Of a stretch of DNA of 64,000 nucleotides, positions 14,901 to 27,289 are shown piece after piece. The translations under genes and the position numbers were made by a program. Numbering within the stretch: the first letter of the stretch is position 1; each line of letters starts with the position of its first letter. Source of the DNA: Eledone cirrhosa (taxonomy: Eukaryota); the NCBI GenBank assembly GCA_964016885.1, contig OZ024751.1, positions 27,838,001-27,902,000 on the forward strand. The letters are read 5' to 3'. The notes beneath the pieces were generated by a model. The model ran no database searches. It was given only the letters and a program-made list of their open reading frames with translations, and was not told the DNA's origin.

Positions 14901-15310
14901 AAATAAAAATCCGAAGGCATGGTATAAATTTCCAATCATTTTAATCACGACACATGTTTCAATAAGAGATAGATAGAGGGACTAAACTCTGTGAGTGAAC
15001 ATCGTTAATTTGCTCTCTCATATCAAGGATTTGAAGACAATTCATTTTCACCTGACGAGATCAGTGATAATCGATCATGGTTACATGATCGATCTATCTC
15101 TTATTGAAACGTGTCGTGATTAAAATGATTGGAAATTTAAACCATGCCTTCGGATTTTTATTTTGATACAAATACTTCATTTTACATCATCTAGCTGTTC
15201 CCATAAATGGAAGTGGAGATATACAAAAGCGTGGAGAACTTAATATTGTTAACAAAAATTTATTGGACCGTTTGACACAACCAATAATACACTTTACTAT
15301 ATAACAACTA
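14896..15310 (+). mobile_element. Non-coding Penelope-like/retrozyme-like element with 5' inverted partial repeat, in a (TA)n tract
   Basis: 14896-14974 is the inverted repeat of 15092-15168; contains a hammerhead motif; flanked by (TA)n on both sides. Confidence 0.7.
15042..15128 (+). ncRNA. Type I hammerhead ribozyme motif (long stem II)
   Basis: tcattttcac-CTGACGA(15052)-long hairpin (atcgatcatg/catgatcgat)-GAAAC(15106) gt GTC(15113-15)-gtgattaaaatga; stem I tcac/gtga. Confidence 0.65.
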
Positions 15311-15757
15311 TATATATATATATATAAATTTTAGTACAGCATTGACGAAGCTTTAGAATACGGCCAAGCTAGCGTATATGCATAATCAGTCTGTAGCTTG
15401 AGCACTCAGATGAGGAAAGACCCCAGAGTAATAACAATACGTTCAGACAGCTTAGCAAATCAGATATAGCGGTCGGCAGTCCAGCCGCATCACTAGAGCA
15501 ACGAAAATACAGGACCCAGGAAAAGATTTATATATATATATTTCTTTTTATCACAACATAAATTCTGCTGCCAAATTGTTTTGTTTCTCATTTTATTTCA
15601 TTATAGTATAAATTATATATTTATTATATTCTATCTTTTATTCTTTTATTGGTTTCAGTCATTAGACTGCAGCCATGCTGGGGGAGGATCCACCTTGGTT
15701 TTAGTCAATCATATCAACACCTATACATATTTATTTTAAGCCCGGTAGTTACATAAT

Positions 15758-15789
<32 letters not shown>

Positions 15790-15872
15790 GGTCAAACAGC
15801 TGAGTTACGAGTCATAAACACAGATACTAATGTAAACATAGATACATGGATACACACATCATCATCATATAT

Positions 15873-16090
15873 AGGTGTTAAGACAAAAAGCACCCAGTCC
15901 ACACTGTAAAATGGTTGTGTTGGTGACACAACAAAAAGCATCCAGTCCACACTATAAAGTGGTCGTATTGGTGACACAACAAAAAGCACCCAGTCCACAC
16001 TGTAAATGAGGTTGGCATTAGGAAGGGCATCCAGCTGTAGAAGCCAGGCCAAAATCAGTTCTGTATGTGCAAGACATGGTCACCTGGTGA
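15873..16090 (+). mobile_element. RTE-related non-autonomous repeat with 3 tandem pseudoknot-like modules
   Basis: Three ggtg..acaaaaagcacccagtccacactgtaaa units followed by ggttggcattaggaagggcatccagctgtagaa. Confidence 0.7.
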
Positions 16091-16407
16091 TAATTGTGTG
16101 AATAGAAAGTTTATGAAGCATGTGGGAGATTGGAATTTGTAATTGTGTGTCTTTCTATAGAACAAAGAACCATGCTGCGTGAATAGTAACTATAAAATAA
16201 TTGTGAATAAATAGAGTATATAACTCCTTGAGGTAGAAAATATATATGGCATTATGCAGTAATAGAGAAGACCCGCCTTCCCGTGTGCACGGGTTGAAGC
16301 ATATATCTAGAATGCACAACTTTCACGACCCACGCTCTAACACCTCATCCACATTCCTAGATTTACCTCTCCAATCCCACACGCATCTCTCCGTCCCATG
16401 TCTCCAG

Positions 16408-17030
16408 CCCACACTGTAAAGTCACAACAACTGTAAAGTGGCAGTGTAGGTGCCATGACAAAAAGCGCCCAGCTTACACTATAAAGTGGTCATGTAGGTG
16501 TCACAACAAAAAGCACCCAGTGCACACTGTAAAGTGGTCATGTAGGTGTCACAACAAAAAGCACCCAGTGCACACTGTAAAGTGGTCATGTAGGTGTCAC
16601 AACAAAAAGCACCCAGTGCACACTGTAAAGTGGTCATGTAGGTGTCACAACAAAAAGCACCCAGTGCACACTGTAAAGTGGTCATGTAGGTGTCACAGCA
16701 AAAAGTACCCAGCGTACACTGTAAAGTGGTCATGTAGGTGTCACAACAAAAAGCACCCAGTGCACACTGTAAAGTGGTCATGTAGGTGTCACAGCAAAAA
16801 GTACCCAGCGTACACTGTAAAGTGGTCGTGTAGGTGTCATGACAAAAAGCACCCAGTGCACACTGTTAATGTGGTTGTCCTTTTGAAGGGCATCCAACTA
16901 TAGAACCCACCCATGCCAGAATCAGTTCCGTATGAGCAAGACACAGTCACCTGATCTGACTTGTTTCACAACGGGACAACTTGTCTAACCCATGCTAGTG
17001 TGGAAAAATGGACGTTAAATGATGATGATG
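16408..17030 (+). repeat. 48-bp minisatellite (about 9-10 copies) inside an RTE-related repeat ending in (ATG)n
   Basis: Unit tcacaacaaaaagcacccagtgcacactgtaaagtggtcatgtaggtg (16501->16549); ends ggacgttaaatgatgatgatg at about 17030. Confidence 0.9.
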
Positions 17031-20000
17031 TTGCTAACAAGGCATTGGTCAACCTGAGTCTATAGTAGAAGACACTTGCCTAAGGCAACACTCTGCAGGA
17101 CTGAACTCTAAACCACATGGTTGGTTGCATAGCAGACTCCTTAACCACACAGCCGTGCCTATAAGTTTCATTCATAATTACATAATAAAGATGATAAATC
17201 TTAACTTTTTTTTTGTTTCCTGACAGTTGTTGAATAAGTAAGTCATACTACTGCTTGGTAGTGAAATTGTGCTGATTTATATGTAGTGGTGATGGGGTGT
17301 TGTGATTAATATAATAGCACTTAAAGCAATAGTTTTATCATTTACATGTCATAAAGTTTCTTGTTTTTTTTCTGTTGACAGCAAGTTATGTTATCAGGCA
17401 ATTTATATACACATGCATTGTCTAATGTGCTCTTACATTTTTAATCGTTCTATTACCAAATCACTTGAAACTGCCCCTGGTTTCCTGGTTCCATGATAAA
17501 GCTGCTCCTTCATTTTAAATCTTTCTGTTACTAAACCACTTGAAACTGCCTCTGGTTTCATGACAAAACTGCTCCTTTATTTTAATTCCTTCTGTTACCA
17601 AACCGCCTGAAACTGTCCCTGGTTTCATGACCAAAGCTGTTCGGTTTAAAGTGTTCATATTTATATTTAAACTTTCCATCAAAATTTTATGTTCCAAACG
17701 CCAACTTGATAATGAGGAACTTAGTTATATTTTCAATATTTGAAAAACAGGTAAAATTATAGTATCAAAAGGGTTAAATGTGTAGGGTGTAATTTTTGGG
17801 AGGATTTGACTGTTATTTCTAGCAAATTTAGCAACCACTTAAGGACTCTTCTTCACTAGTTCAATGGTAAGTGGCAGGTTAGTTGTCAGAATATTAGGTT
17901 TATTAGTTTATTTATGACAACGATGTTATTAGTAATTCCGACAGCAAGTCTTCCTAGCAGTTGTCATAAAAACTACATCATTATTTTACATCCACATTCC
18001 ATGCTAGCATGGGTTAAATAGGTTGGAATACTATGCCTTGCTCATACGTTACATATTTTGTCATGGTTTCCATGTAGCTGGATGCCCTTCACCATCATCA
18101 TCATCATTTAACGTCTGCAATGACACTAGTAGGGTTTTCAGGTCTTCGACATGACTAAAGGATCCTCTTTAACCTATGTTGTCTCAGTTCATTTGTCTAC
18201 CACTTTACAGAGTGCATTTTATCATGGCATTGACACTAGATAAGTTGTCCTGTCTACAGTTATACCAAATTATGCCAGCTCTATATTTCATTGTCATTAT
18301 CATCATCATCATATGCATGCTTTCCTTGCTGGCATGAGCTGGATAGGCTGTCACAGTCCAAGACAGGACATAGTCGGATAACTGTGTCTTGCTCATACAT
18401 TCCATATATTGGCATGCTTTCTACAACTGGACACCCTTTCTAACACCAATCACTTTACAGAATGTACTTAGTGCATTTTATCGTGGTACATAAATGTAGA
18501 TAAGTTTGCAAAACAACATTTCTCTAGGCCAGGCCAAGATCTCATCTGTGACTTTAATGACAAGGTTGTGGTTTTGTAGTTTTTAAAAATGCACCAATTT
18601 TTGCTCCCAACTAAAAAATGTAAATTAAAATAAAATACATTGAAGGCATCCTTTTTACAACTGGACACCTTTCTTGATGCCAACCACTTTACAGAGTGTA
18701 CGTGGTGCCTTTTATCATGGCACATAAATGTAGTTAAGTTTGCAAAACCACATTTCCCCATTTCCCATTAAGTCTTGTAATATCTCATCCGTGACATCTA
18801 ATGACAAGACTGTTGTGTTGTTGTCGTTAAAAGTGTATCGACTTTGGCTCCCAACTAAACGTAAATTAAAAAGCATTAGAATTTCCAATTTCACAGATAC
18901 TAATTTGATAAATCTAGTTTTTATTCTCACGATAATTTATGGTAATACAAATAATTCTAACAGCAGAACATTAAGTGTAATCTTTCATGTTACATTCACT
19001 TAAATTTTACATTCAACCAATGCTTTAATAAAAAAAACAGGGAAGGTTATGCATCTGATTGAATTTATTTCTTTTAACCCTTTCATTACCATTTTTCTAA
19101 TATTTCTAATGAAAAACACTACTTCTCGTGATTCTTATTTAATTTTGAAAATAATAAAGAATTGCAGTGATTTAGTAATGTAACTTAACTTTCTCATTAT
19201 TTAGATGGTGTTTGGAACCTAATAAAGGTTCTCAGAAAAAAATATGATGGGAGTTTTTTTTTAGATAAATAGGAATATTTAAAAACAAACAGTTTTATAT
19301 GTTAGATCAAGGGCTGCTTGGAACAGAACTTAACAAAGGTTTTTACATAAAATATTATGATAGGTTTTTTAGATAAATATAAATATTTTAAAACAAATAG
19401 TTTTGTATCATAGATGAAGGAGTGTTTGGAACATAACTTAACAAAGATTCTTACATAAAATTATGATCGAAGGTTTTTAGATAAATATAAATATTTTAAA
19501 ACAAATGGTTTTGTATCATAGATCAAGGGTTTTAGGTGATTTAGTATCAAAAGTTTTAAATGTTTACTGGGCTTAATATATTACATAAAATAATTGTTTC
19601 TACTTTTGGCACAAGGCCAGCAATTACCCAGTACATTACTGGTACTTTATTTTATCGACCCCGTAAGGATGAAAGGCAAAGTTAACCTTGGCGGGATAAA
19701 ATAATGATGGAAGGTTTTAGATAAATGTAAACATTAAACTAAACAGTTTTCTATCACAGAACCAAGGGTGGTTTCAGGCAGTTAACTATCAAAAGAGTTA
19801 AAATAGTTAAGTTGCTTTAGGTGTTCAATTTTGTTTTGATGTACTTTATAGATTAGGGAATTGGTAAATAGAAAGATGTTCCTTGTTTTCTTTTGTACTA
19901 TTTCTATGGTTTGTTTCCTATACATTTTGTTTTTAATTTATAACCTTTATCCATAATAAACAGCCTCTGTTTTTAAATTTTCTAAGATAGTTTAACAATT

Positions 20001-21964
20001 TTTTTGAATAAATAATATATAAAAAAAAGCCACAATAGCATAACTATAACCTTTAACTCTTTTGATACGAAACTGCCTGAAACCATCCCTGTTTTATGAT
20101 ACCAAGCTGTTTATTTAAAAGTCTTCATATTTATCTTAAAAACCAATAGAACTGTCCATGTAGAAACCCATGCTGGAGCACTGCTTTCAAGGGTTTTACT
20201 GGATCATATTCACCCCAGTACTTATTTCATTTTGAAGTCTGGTACTTGCTGTACCTACTCATGCTGACCCGATCCCTTATTCTATGTCAGAAAAATGGGC
20301 AAAAATCCAAACCCTGTTCTAAGCCAAGGCAGCTAATTAATGCATTATATTTAGTTGGTGCGGTTTTGTAAATTCCCATGAGTGTAGAATATTTTTTAGG
20401 AAGTTTTTATAGAAAAAATGTTATTTAAGTGTTGTTTAGAGAATACTTTTTGTTTTACATCTCTATAACATAATGACTTTTTACCATGTTATCCAGTTTA
20501 TAAAGTTAATCATCAAGTTTCTTGAAATTTTGTTTACTTCCTGTTAACAAACAACAATAGCACCATCTTCCAAATGTTACAGGTTTTTATTTTACATAGA
20601 AATGTAGTAAAACAGTAATTCAGTGTAAAGCAATTACTCCAAATATTTTGACACCTTTTTTTAAATAGATGTTGAAGGTAAAATATTGACTTCGAATATG
20701 TCTACTGCCGCCCCCATTTTATTATCATTTTTTTTTTTTTTTTTTGGTCACATATTTCTCTGCTTAAAATAATATATAGGGTTAGATCGATTGGCAATAT
20801 CCCAAATTTCATTTGTTTACCAAGTGGGGTGGAACTCAACAAATCAAACTAAAGAAGCAATATTTAATAGTCTTTCCATTGCTAATACAGTACTTTATAA
20901 ATCTTTTTTTATGTTGATATAAACACACATACACACACTCGTTTGTTTATATGATAGGCTGTGTCACAGTTTCTGTTTACCCATTTTGATCTCACAAGCT
21001 TGGGCTGACCCGTGACCATAGTAAATGTCCCTTGCCCAAGATGCTAAACAGAGGTATTTAACCCAGAACTTCATGATTGTGAAACAATCTTTTTAACCAC
21101 TCAACCAATAATTGTCCAATAATTGTTTGATGCTGTAAAAAAAGAACAGAATCTAAATGAAGAGATCCTTTGTTATTAAAATACGTTACTGTTGGTAAAT
21201 GTTGTCGACTTTGAACTGATGAGATGAGCTGTTCTGATGAAAGTATTCAACCTTTGAACCATTTATTAACCTCTGAACTCTAGTATGCTAGGAAGAGTTT
21301 CTTCCAATGTGTTGTATTGGCAGCAGTCAACTATTGCTGATGTCGTTTGCCTGAGTAATCAGCTTAGCAACCACAAAAGAATGTTGACACAATTTTGTCA
21401 TTGACAAAATAGCTCTTTTCCAAGGAAATAAATAGTTGATATATATCTCCATAGTCATTCATACAACAGCTAAGAACAAAAAGAAAAGAAAAAAAATCAA
21501 CAGCAACAAAAAGGTCAGAACAAAACAAAAACAGACAGACAAACAACATGACCATTTCTTGACTAATTTAGTTTGGTTTATTTCATTAGGCATGGCTGGG
21601 CAGGGCTGAGGTGGGGGGGACATGTTTCTTCATTGATCAGTTGTTACATTTTAACAGTCCCTATAATAATAATTGTGAAGGCATGCAGCCTGATGGTTAG
21701 GGTATTGAACTTAGGATCATTAGGTTGTGGGTTTGATTCCTGGACTGGACTGGGCTATGTGTTGTGTTCTTGAGCAAAACACTTCATTTCATGTTTTCTC
21801 GAGTATACGACATTGAAACTGGGATAAGTACTGGCCCTATGCACCTTTGGGCTCGAGACAGACTTTAGAATTTTTATAATAATTGTGAAGGCACGTGGCC
21901 TAATGGTTAGGGTGTTGAACTTAAGGTTATAATGTTGTGGGTTCGATTCCTGGACTGGTTTGTG

Positions 21965-22189
21965 CAGTGCTGGAATTATCTATAAGTTAAATAAGCTAAA
22001 ACTTAGGGCCACACACCCTAAGAGGCCTCATTTTTTAAAATTTACTTTTATTTTATTATGTTTTTATTCTTTAGTTTAAAGGTACATTTGATAAATAATC
22101 ATGTTTAATTACTTTAAATGTTTTTAGAGAAAGGCCTCAAATTTCATATAGCCTTAGGGCCTCACTCAACAGGTGAAAGTCCAGCCCTG
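21965..22189. mobile_element. hAT-like MITE inserted into a SINE
   Basis: TIRs CAGTGCTGGA/TCCAGCCCTG; degenerate 8-bp flanks ggtttgtg/attttgcg; splits the SINE at 21885-22400 between its B box and core. Confidence 0.6.
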
Positions 22190-25100
22190 ATTTTGCGTTG
22201 TGTTCTTGAACAAAACACTTCATTTCATTGCTGCTCCAGTACACACAGCTGAAAATAATTACCGACAAGCTTGGGATTAACCTTGTGATGGACTGGTGCT
22301 CTGTCGAGGAAGAGTCTTGTATTCTCAGCTGCTTAATGCCAAGGAAACCGAGATAAGAATTGGCTTAGTGAGTTTCCAGTCTTGGAGCAAACTTTAGCTT
22401 TATATTAATAATGATTGTACTGGATTTCTTTTTCATTCAAATCCTACTAAGGTTAATTTTGCCCTTTATCCTTCTATGGTTGATAAATAAAGTAACAGTT
22501 AATTAAGTACTGGCTTCGATATAATCGACTTTTCCCTTCCTACAAATTACTGGTCTTGTGCTAATAATGTTAGAAAGAATTATTAATCTGATAGAAGGCA
22601 GGTGATTATCTGTATGGGAATTGTCTGATAACTAAATAAACACACTTGGTTTTTAGGTTGGCAGCAGCCATCTACAACACATTTGCTCTAATTACACTAC
22701 TATAACTACCACTGTTATTACTGCTATTACTCTCATTGTGGAAAGTATGTGGCCTAGTTTTTAGGGTGTTGGACTTATGATCATAAGGTCATAGGTTCAG
22801 TTCAGTTCCTTATTTTGTGCATTTTTAAAAATTTTTTTAGCAATATGCTTCATTTCACATTACTTTTCATGATAGGAGTGGGGCCCTTATCATTAAAACA
22901 TTTGAGAAACCTCTTATGAGATAAAACCTCATAGAAGGCTAGCTAAACCTGCAAAGGTGGGATCTGTAAATTTCATTTTTTTTTCTTTTATTCCATATAA
23001 GATCACATTCATCGGTAGAAACAGAACAAATATCACTGATGTTATAAGATATTAGACTGTAACTGCAAATAGTGATTTTATAGATAGATGGAAGTTTCAG
23101 TAGGTAAGGGTCAATGTCTTCACTAAAAATACAAGCATTTTGATTCTACTTTCCCTACTAAATCAGTGGTTAAGTCTTGCAGGGTGTGGTGGTGGTGGTG
23201 GGAAGTCACGACAAACTTCATACTCATTAATGGGGTATTTTTGGGGGCAATGTGTGTGGATTATGATAGGGCTGGGCTCATTAGCCTTAAAAGTTTATAA
23301 ATGCAAGTTCATACGAGACCAACTAAACTTGTATAGGTGTGGAGCTAGAAACAACAACGTGATAGGGCTGGGGTTTCCTTATCCTCAAAACTTCATAGCT
23401 GCAACTTCATAAAAAACCAGATGGAGCTGTAACAACAATGTGATGGGACTGGCGTCCCTATCATTAACACTTTTATTACCAAATTTCTAATGATAGACAC
23501 TACCTCTGATTTTCAAATAATTCTGAAAATAATCAATAAACTAACTTTTGCATTATTAAGCTGCTGTTTGGAACATAACATAACAACAGTTCTTCCATAA
23601 AATCATGATAGAAGGCTTTTAAATAAATATAAAACACTTTGAAACAAATAGTTTTGTATCATAGAACCAGGGGCAGTTTCAGGCAGTTTGGTAGCAAAAG
23701 GGATAAAAAGAAAAAAAATTTTCTCTTTAATTCTGAGTCTTAGTTTTTATAAATAAATAATTAAAAGGCAAGTGGAAAAAAATCAATAAAATTCTAGTGA
23801 ATTTATTGATTTATATAAGTAGTAAGTTGCTTACCTGTGATTTAAAAATAAAATTATAATTACTATATATTTGTTGATAAAATAACTAAATTGATTTGAT
23901 GATGTAAAACAGCTGTTTAAATTGTTTTCACTTAGGAGCAACCAGAAGCAATAAAGTGGTTTACAAGCAGGAACAGTGTCGATTGTAATCCATTCTAAAT
24001 ACACAAATACGGTTAATTTATAACACATTCAGAAATAACTGCTTAAAGCTATATAGTAAACTCTATTTGTTGCTTAATGAACCTATCGTTTTTAAAACTT
24101 TATTTCATTCTTTTCATGAATTTTCTAAATGCCTGCCGAGACTTAAATGATCAGGTTGCACATATGCAGTTGAATTTATCGTGTTGCATATGTGTGTGTG
24201 CATATTAATTTCCAATACAGCAGCATAAGTTTAAAAGAAAGTACATATTTAATTGTTTGTGTATGTTACACGTGGATGAATTTTACACCTAATGTTGATG
24301 CACATATGCAGTTGAATTTATGATGTAGCAGGTGTGTGTGTGTGTGTGTGTGCATATTAATTTTGAATACAGCAGCATAAGTTTAAAGAAATGTACATTT
24401 TTAATAGTTTGTGTATGTTAGACATGGATGAATTTTACACCTAGTGTTGGTGCCATGTTAAAATACACCCAGTACATTCTTGTAAAGTGGATGGTGTATC
24501 AAATGAAGATGGTATAGGGTAGAGAAGATGCTTTGGTTTGACCAAGTGCATGACCACCTTTCTAGAGTTGGCACCACAAAACACACCCAGTCCACTTTTA
24601 TAAACTGGATGGTGATTGCAGTCAGTATATGGTAGAGAAGATACCATATACTGACTTCAATCATGACAGGCTTTCTAGTGTTGGTGCCACAATAAAATGC
24701 ATCCAGTTCATTTTTTTACGAATCTTCCAAATGATTGTTCTCAAGGCTAAATGTTGTGGTTGTACATATATGCAGTTGAATTTATACATATGTATGTTTG
24801 TGTGTACATATTAAGTTTCAGTATGGTAGAATAGGTTTAGCAAAGAAATGTACATATTTAATTGTTTGTGTATTGTTACACATGGATACATTTTACACCT
24901 TGATGTTAAAAACCTGGATTAACAGTGGAAATTGCTGTTATTATGAATGAAACAATCTCAGTACTTGACTGCTTTCTAGTTAGTGTAGCACCAGCAAGTG
25001 TTTTAAGGTTATTTCCCTGCTGAAACAGAGGTTAGGCTTTTTTTATATTTACAACTTTATTTTATTTTATAAAGCTGTTTATCATCATCATCATTTAGCA

Positions 25101-25522
25101 TCCATTTTTCCATGCTTATAAACAAAACACTATTAAAGGGAACAAAAATAAGAATAAAATGAGAAAAGAAAAAAACCAAGCAATGAAAGAAAGAGAGAGG
25201 GACAGACACTACACCGCAGTTAGGTTTGTGTGCTTCATAAAAGGTTCATGCTCAACATGGGGATCCCTTTTTCAGCCAGATGCCCTTCATGATACCAATC
25301 CTTTTTCACTTTTTATGACACACAAGGAAAAAAATGTAACTCTATGCTAAGCTGGATATACACAGCACCACATTTTAGATAGTGGTTGTAGACAATGTCT
25401 TTCTTTTCACCAGCCATAGAGACTGTCCCAAAATATGTAATATATGAACAAAATGGAGTTCATTGTCCCACTAGTCTAGCTTGATGACCGTCTGACACAT
25501 CGACGATGATGATGGTGGACAC

Positions 25523-25909
25523 CAGAGGTTCTTAAACTTTGGGTCACCACCCCCTCACAGCCACGTAATACCCTCAGCGCCCCTAACCCTATTTCAAGAG
25601 AGACCTGCCTACACGCAAATTGTAAATAATATATAATAACTAAAATCGTTAATTCATATATAATAGATAGTATAATATATACTCTTTTACCTGTTCCAAC
25701 CATCTGGCTGAGGCCATGCTGGAGCACCGCCCTTGATACTATGTATAAATAAATATTATATATTTTTTATTTTACTATATTGATATATAATATGTATCAT
25801 TTGATATTTAATATACTATTACATCATCTCTACCCCCTTAGGCCCCAGCTCCCGTTGGACCTTCTCAATGCCCCCCACAGGGCGGTAGCACCCATTTTGA
25901 GAACCTCTG
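25523..25909. mobile_element. hAT (Charlie-like) MITE
   Basis: TIRs CAGAGGTTCTTAAA/TTTGAGAACCTCTG; 8-bp TSD gtggacac/gtgtacac. Confidence 0.82.
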
Positions 25910-26562
25910 GTGTACACAATATACATATACAGATTGTGCCATGTACATATACAGATGACACAATTTAGCAGAATTGAGATGTCAATTGAATCATGTTACA
26001 AACTATTTTATATTATTTTTAAAAACCTATAATTAATATAGCATAGTTTATTTTATGATTTTTAATATCATATAAATCAACTTAGTTATTATATTTATTG
26101 ATCTACTTATCTCGATAGATTTATAAAAAAAAATGAATACTTTGATGTCATTCTATTTCTGTAATTTTATTTCTACATCATGTTCTTGCAATTAAACCAT
26201 TCAATATTAGTGTGATATGATCTATGTAAATATATTTATTTAAATTCACTTTATTTTTAGTATTTTTTTTTCACTGCCATCATGTATTTTTCTACTAAAT
26301 ATGTATATATCGATATATCAATTGAATACTTACTCCAGAAATCTGTCGAGTGCTTTGAATCAGTTGTAAACAAATTTAATATCTCTTCAAATTTAATATC
26401 TCTTCTATATATATATATATATATATACATATATATATGTAGGAGGTGAGTTTTATTGTAGTACAATAAAGCAATGCAGATATCGGATAAGAAGCACTCT
26501 ACAGTTTGTGGGACTGGAGTATGCATAATATAAGATCAAAAGATGGTTAAAGGAGTTCAATA

Positions 26563-26631
26563 TATTTTATTATGCGCATTTCAAAAACAAACATCATCAA
26601 ACAATAATATTTGTGTTTTCATCAGATAAAA
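26563..26631 (-). ncRNA. Type I hammerhead ribozyme motif (family A), left palindrome arm
   Basis: Exact reverse complement of 26756-26824 (tcatcag at 26619-26625). Confidence 0.75.
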
Positions 26632-26755
26632 CAGGAGAACATGATATGAAGGCTAAAAAAACACTTGTTGATAGTGCAGTTTTAAATCAACATATGTTGA
26701 TTTAAAACTGCACTATCAACAAGTGTTTTTTTAGCCTTCATATCATGTTCTCCTG

Positions 26756-26824
26756 TTTTATCTGATGAAAACACAAATATTATTGTTTGATGATGTTTGT
26801 TTTTGAAATGCGCATAATAAAATA
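26756..26824 (+). ncRNA. Type I hammerhead ribozyme motif (family A)
   Basis: ttttat-CTGATGA(26762)-stem II acaaatattatt/gatgatgtttgt-GAAA(26805) T GCGC A TA(26816)-ataaaa; palindromic stem III ATGCGCAT; predicted cleavage after 26816. Confidence 0.75.
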
Positions 26825-27289
26825 TATTGAACTCCTTTAACCATCTTTTGATCTTATATTATACATATATATATATATATATAAGAAGAAAACAACTATA
26901 ATAATAGTAATAACTATTCTGTTCTTGGCACGGGGCAGCGATTTTCCCAGCACATTGCTGGTGCCTTGTTTTGGGGCCTGGGGAGTGGAGCGCCGTTGCT
27001 CTATGCTGTAAAGCAAACAATTATTATTATTATAAAAATACTGAACTGTAAAAGTCAACAGTTGACATGATCTTGTATCAGTACTGACGGTAATATATGT
27101 ATGTATGTGTGTGTGTTTGTATGCATGAGTGTTGCTGTGTGAGTGGTGTGTGTGTTTGTATGCATGAGTGTTGGTGTGTGAGTGAGTGAGTGAGTGTGTG
27201 TGTGTGCCGTGAGTGTCAATAAGTGGTGTTTTTGTTATGACCATGCTGTAAAATGGAGGGGTAGAGAGGGCCCATGAGTCCAGTAAGAC

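Larger units (their letters stand above)
26525..26862. repeat. 338-bp perfect palindrome with no spacer
   Basis: Centre caacat|atgttg at 26693/26694; arms complementary base for base; lies between (TA)n tracts. Confidence 0.95.

Noticed and set aside
17227-17237. 11-nt micro-exon-like signal (polyT-cag ... gtaagt)
   Set aside because: Good splice-like motifs, but such matches are common in AT-rich introns and nothing else supports it.
21210-21252. ttgaa-CTGATGA...GAAAgta-ttcaa hammerhead-like motif
   Set aside because: Stem II does not pair well and stem III cannot form; no TA tract or repeat context.
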